The notes under the pieces: model-generated
What the model was told of the DNA's origin: nothing
Seen by the model: only the letters and a program-made list of their open reading frames with translations
Databases searched by the model: none
Source of the DNA: Planctomycetota bacterium
GTDB lineage: Bacteria; Planctomycetota; Phycisphaerae; UBA1845
Length of the DNA stretch: 30,533 bases
Assembly: GCA_022561255.1 (NCBI GenBank)
Contig: JADFRO010000001.1
Location: 1-30,533, forward strand
Direction of reading: 5' to 3'
Translations under genes and position numbers: made by a program
In this document: positions 27,232 through 30,533 of the stretch, one piece after another
How the letters are laid out: every line of letters starts with the position of its first letter
Numbering within the stretch: position 1 is the stretch's first letter

Positions 27232-28320
27232 TCACCGCGACGTACCTGTACGCAGGCGTGCGAGCATCGCCTGCGCCTGACTCTTGACTTTTTCGCTCGC
27301 CCCAACGTGTGCGAGGCATTCCGAAAGCATGACCCTCGCTCGATCCCTATTGCCCAATTGTTCGAGCGCTGTGGCTGCGCCGAATAATGCGTCGGCGGCG
27401 CGGGTATCGTCGCCCATATGGATCACCACACGCATAAAGGGCCATGCGGCGCGAATCACCTCTTCACGTGTCTTCGCCGACCGAAGAAGACTCTCGCCCT
27501 TGATGAGCAGAAAATCCGCCAGCACCGACTCCGGGCAGTCGCGGATGGCGCGGTCCAAGGCGGCGCGCACGGTCGCTGTCGTGGCCCCGCCGAGCACTTC
27601 TCGAAACGCGGACGTCAGAATCGTGTAAACCTGCTCCGATCGAATCGACGCTGCGATCGGAAGCGCGATCGCACGCATCGCCGCTGAGGTCGCCCGTCGA
27701 TCGCCGTTGGCCTTTAATATCTTGAAGCGTACCAGCGCAAAGAGCAGGTGTTGCAATGGTTCGGGCGCAGCCGCCAGGGCCAAATCCAACTCTCGAATCG
27801 CACGACCGAACTTGGCAGTACGACGTTGAGGAATTCGTTGTGGAATCAACCGGGCGGCCGCCCGCGCACCGGACCGCTTCCCACGAGCGAGACGAACGAA
27901 GTAGCCCGTTGCTTTGTCGATCTGGTCCGCTCGATCGTACGCAATGATCAACCGCGCGGCGATCAACTCACTCCAGAAATCGGTACTGAGTTTCAGCGCG
28001 CGCTCGTATCGCGCTGCCGCCTTTTGCGGTTCACCCGAAGCGAGGAAGCGCTCGGCTTCATTGAAGTCGTCGAAAACGCCTGTACGGTCGACGATGATCA
28101 AATCAATATCGCCGATATGAACCGCTACGCTCATGCCTTCGGCCGATCGAAACCGAAGTTGTCCGTCCTCGAGCGTGCGAATCCGTGCGCCTCGATAGTT
28201 TTGTTTGCCCACAACGATCTGATCGGCGCGCGTGGGGAGTACCCATAGCAGCGCAACGCAGGCCGCTGCCACTCGGCAAAGTGTAGCGCCGCCTAGGATT
28301 GTTGATCTAGGGTAGGTCAT
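27232..28320 (-). CDS. Exported TPR protein (362 aa) with a small N-terminal beta-rich domain
   Basis: Signal-like AAACVALLWVLPTRA|DQI; TPR-like AERFLASGEPQKAAARYERAL and ADALFGAATALEQLGNRDRARVML. ATG 28320 overlaps the vWA gene stop (14-nt overlap). Confidence 0.78.
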   Translation of the reverse strand: MTYPRSTILGGATLCRVAAACVALLWVLPTRADQIVVGKQNYRGARIRTLEDGQLRFRSAEGMSVAVHIGDIDLIIVDRTGVFDDFNEAERFLASGEPQKAAARYERALKLSTDFWSELIAARLIIAYDRADQIDKATGYFVRLARGKRSGARAAARLIPQRIPQRRTAKFGRAIRELDLALAAAPEPLQHLLFALVRFKILKANGDRRATSAAMRAIALPIAASIRSEQVYTILTSAFREVLGGATTATVRAALDRAIRDCPESVLADFLLIKGESLLRSAKTREEVIRAAWPFMRVVIHMGDDTRAADALFGAATALEQLGNRDRARVMLSECLAHVGASEKVKSQAQAMLARLRTGTSR

Positions 28321-29275
28321 ACTCGGAAACGAACTTGAACTCTCCGCCGTGCTCCCTCGCAATCCCTTCCAGGATTTCGCGCCCGCCCTGGTCGAGGTAA
28401 GCGATCGTGTAGATCCTCGTGTGCCGTCCTCGGTTCCACGCATCAAGCTTGGCGGGCAGGTCTGGATCGAAGCTGATGCCGTCGCTGAGAAGGTAGATGA
28501 GATCGGGCTCCATCGCGAGCGCTCGGCGCAAGGCCAACTCCGGTCGGGTGCCCCCACCGGCGGCGACGTTATCAAGAAACTTAAAGAAGTCCCTCCGATG
28601 GGCGTCGATCGCATTCACCAGTCGCCGGGGCGGGTTCTCCAGAGGCGCCCCCGAATTAAAGAAGATGACGTGAAACTTCTGACTACGCCGAAGTGCGGAT
28701 ATCGATCGTTTGAGCTCGGCCCGCACGTGAAGGAACGTATCGACCATCGAGCCGCTTCGGTCCACCACGTACACGATCGACCGTACGCCCGGCGCTGATC
28801 CGCCGACGCCGAAAAACTCCGGTCCCGCTCCGCCACCCGCCGACAGGCCGTACTTGCTAAGATCCAAAGCGCCCACCGAGCCCGCTCGGATTCCGAGGAT
28901 CGAAAACTCCGGAGCCTTCAGCGATCGCGGCTGAACAAGTTTCGCAAGCGCCACCGCGTCGCGATTCGGTGTGAAGCGCTTAGCCAGCGGGTCGGGCGTG
29001 TCTCGCTGGCGCTTCTTATCCGGGACGTTTGCAGCAGCCGTTGGAACGGCGTCGATCTCGCCGATGACCTGAGCGTGCGCTACGGGAAGCCTCGGCTCCT
29101 CGTTGGGCGAAAAGGGAAACACCAGGAGAAACATACTCGCGAACGCTACGGTGTGTACCAGGACGGACAGCACCCAAGCCCCGGCGACGCCTCGCCCGGT
29201 CAGACTCATCGCGGCGGAGCCTTCGTGCCCCGATCGATGCGGATCGATGATCTCGACGGCGTCCACGTGGGTCAT
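28307..29275 (-). CDS. Membrane-anchored von Willebrand factor A (vWA) domain protein
   Basis: ATG 29275 preceded by GAGGA; single TM AWVLSVLVHTVAFASMFLLVF; Pro/Gly-rich linker; MIDAS YVVDRSGSM, Thr in GGTRP, Asp in YLLSDG. Confidence 0.88.
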   Translation of the reverse strand: MTHVDAVEIIDPHRSGHEGSAAMSLTGRGVAGAWVLSVLVHTVAFASMFLLVFPFSPNEEPRLPVAHAQVIGEIDAVPTAAANVPDKKRQRDTPDPLAKRFTPNRDAVALAKLVQPRSLKAPEFSILGIRAGSVGALDLSKYGLSAGGGAGPEFFGVGGSAPGVRSIVYVVDRSGSMVDTFLHVRAELKRSISALRRSQKFHVIFFNSGAPLENPPRRLVNAIDAHRRDFFKFLDNVAAGGGTRPELALRRALAMEPDLIYLLSDGISFDPDLPAKLDAWNRGRHTRIYTIAYLDQGGREILEGIAREHGGEFKFVSEYDLP

Positions 29276-29532
29276 GGGGAATTCCTCGGGCCTGCCGCTA
29301 CGGTGCCACGCGCGAAAGCCGTTGTGGTGGGTGCGGCGGGCATCGGCGGCGCTTCGCCGGGCCGGGCACGCCAACACCGAGAAAAGTGTAGTTCGACGGA
29401 CCTCACCGGTCAACGTAAAACGCAAACGCCACCGATGCATAACGATGCGCCGGTAGGGCACGACGGAGCGGCTGGCGATCATCCCCCCACACTCTGCTTT
29501 CCGGGCACGCGAGCATGGGGTACACTCCCGAC

Positions 29533-30533
29533 ATGCACCGACGCGATATGGCTGTAAGTGGGCTGACGCGGAGCATGCGGCGCGTACTCATCGCGTGCTT
29601 CGCGTTGGCCGTCTTACCGTCCTCCTCCGTCGCCGACGAGTCCGGTGCCAAGGGCCGCACCGACCAGAACCCCAGCGACATCGCGGCGTCGCCGGTTCAC
29701 GTCTCCCTTCCGGAAGGCTTCGACGACGAAGCTTCCTTCGCTCGATCCGTTCAAGACGACGTGAAGCGACTCATCCAGCGGGCGGAGCAAGCTCAAAGCC
29801 GCGCGCTCCAGGCGGAGCTTTTCCTGGCTGCGGCGAATCGGCTTCTCGCCTCCGGAATGGAGCTAGCTTGCACGAGTCGATTGATGCGGCTCAAGATCGC
29901 CGACGAGGCTCCGACCGACTCGTCGCTGGGAGCGCTCCTGGATCGTGTCGACGTGCTGCTTGGTAATTGCGAGACCGCATCAGGCGATCTCGAACGGGGG
30001 ACCACTGATGCGCCCGACGGAGCGGAGGCTACCGAAAGCGCAGACAGGTCTCGCCGTGAAACGATCACCCACCGTCTCGCCGCGCTGCGCGCGTTCGCCC
30101 AAGCGGTTCGAGCCTACGCCCTTCCCGGGGGCGGTTCACGCTCGGCGCGATCAGCCGCCTCGGGTTTGTCGTTCCTTCGTGAAGATCACGATCCCCAAAC
30201 CGCTGCCGCCGCTTCGTTGTGGCAGGCTGCGCTTCGAAGTGAGGAGGCTGAGGGAACCCGTGCTCTTTCGATTCTGGACGAAGCTACCGCGGATCTGCCG
30301 GCTGGTTCGTTGCCCTATTCCTTCTTCTCGCGACTCTTGCGATGCCGCCTGCTGGCTGAGCGGGGTTCATGGGCCGCGTCGCTTGCCATGGTCATGCAGG
30401 TCGAGGAGCGGTGTAACGACTGGTTCACCGACGACGACCGACGCGAGCTCGCCCTGCATAGCTGCGCCGCGCTTCAGATCGACATTCTTAGGCAGTGGCA
30501 CGACGGAATCGCGACACCGGCGGGCGATGAGCA
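29533..30533 (+). CDS. Exported alpha-helical hypothetical protein, truncated by the right edge
   Basis: Not in the ORF track. My translation from ATG 29533 (or 29548/29575) is open to the edge: ..MRRVLIACFALAVLPSSSVA|DESG...; signal-peptide-like N-terminus and an Ala/Leu-rich helical body. Confidence 0.7.
   Translation, partial: MHRRDMAVSGLTRSMRRVLIACFALAVLPSSSVADESGAKGRTDQNPSDIAASPVHVSLPEGFDDEASFARSVQDDVKRLIQRAEQAQSRALQAELFLAAANRLLASGMELACTSRLMRLKIADEAPTDSSLGALLDRVDVLLGNCETASGDLERGTTDAPDGAEATESADRSRRETITHRLAALRAFAQAVRAYALPGGGSRSARSAASGLSFLREDHDPQTAAAASLWQAALRSEEAEGTRALSILDEATADLPAGSLPYSFFSRLLRCRLLAERGSWAASLAMVMQVEERCNDWFTDDDRRELALHSCAALQIDILRQWHDGIATPAGDE

Noticed and set aside
1-30533. 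CRISPR arrays, tRNA, rRNA, IS elements
   Set aside because: No spaced direct repeats, cloverleaf or rRNA signatures, or transposase motifs were seen by eye; a tool-based scan was not possible.

Overview
GC-rich bacterial chromosomal window, densely coding, with no tRNA, rRNA, CRISPR array or transposase that I can see. Gene content and style suggest Planctomycetota, possibly Phycisphaerae (inference, not verified). Left to right: a UvrA that stops after its first ABC module, followed by a probable second ORF running off the left edge; a lipoprotein; a HIT nucleotide hydrolase; a small exopolysaccharide locus (ExeA-like AAA ATPase divergent from a Wza-like lipoprotein, a stand-alone tyrosine kinase and a GT4 glycosyltransferase); ribE-pdxA; aceE; an isochorismatase-family protein lacking the catalytic Cys, next to a 2x[4Fe-4S] ferredoxin; lipoprotein / 68-aa protein / xerC; mnmE; an orphan divergent flagellin; a SAM methyltransferase; a tightly coupled six-gene minus-strand operon; and a divergent secreted protein running off the right edge. 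The best candidate for an undescribed system is the six-gene operon (22648-29275): vWA protein, TPR protein, ExbB/TolQ, two different ExbD/TolR, and a ~920-aa TPR protein. Its vWA protein has a TonB/TolA-like membrane anchor (SxxxH), a Pro-rich linker and an intact MIDAS site. This suggests a proton-driven motor whose output is a vWA domain rather than a TonB C-terminal domain. All family calls come from motif recognition by eye; no searches were run.
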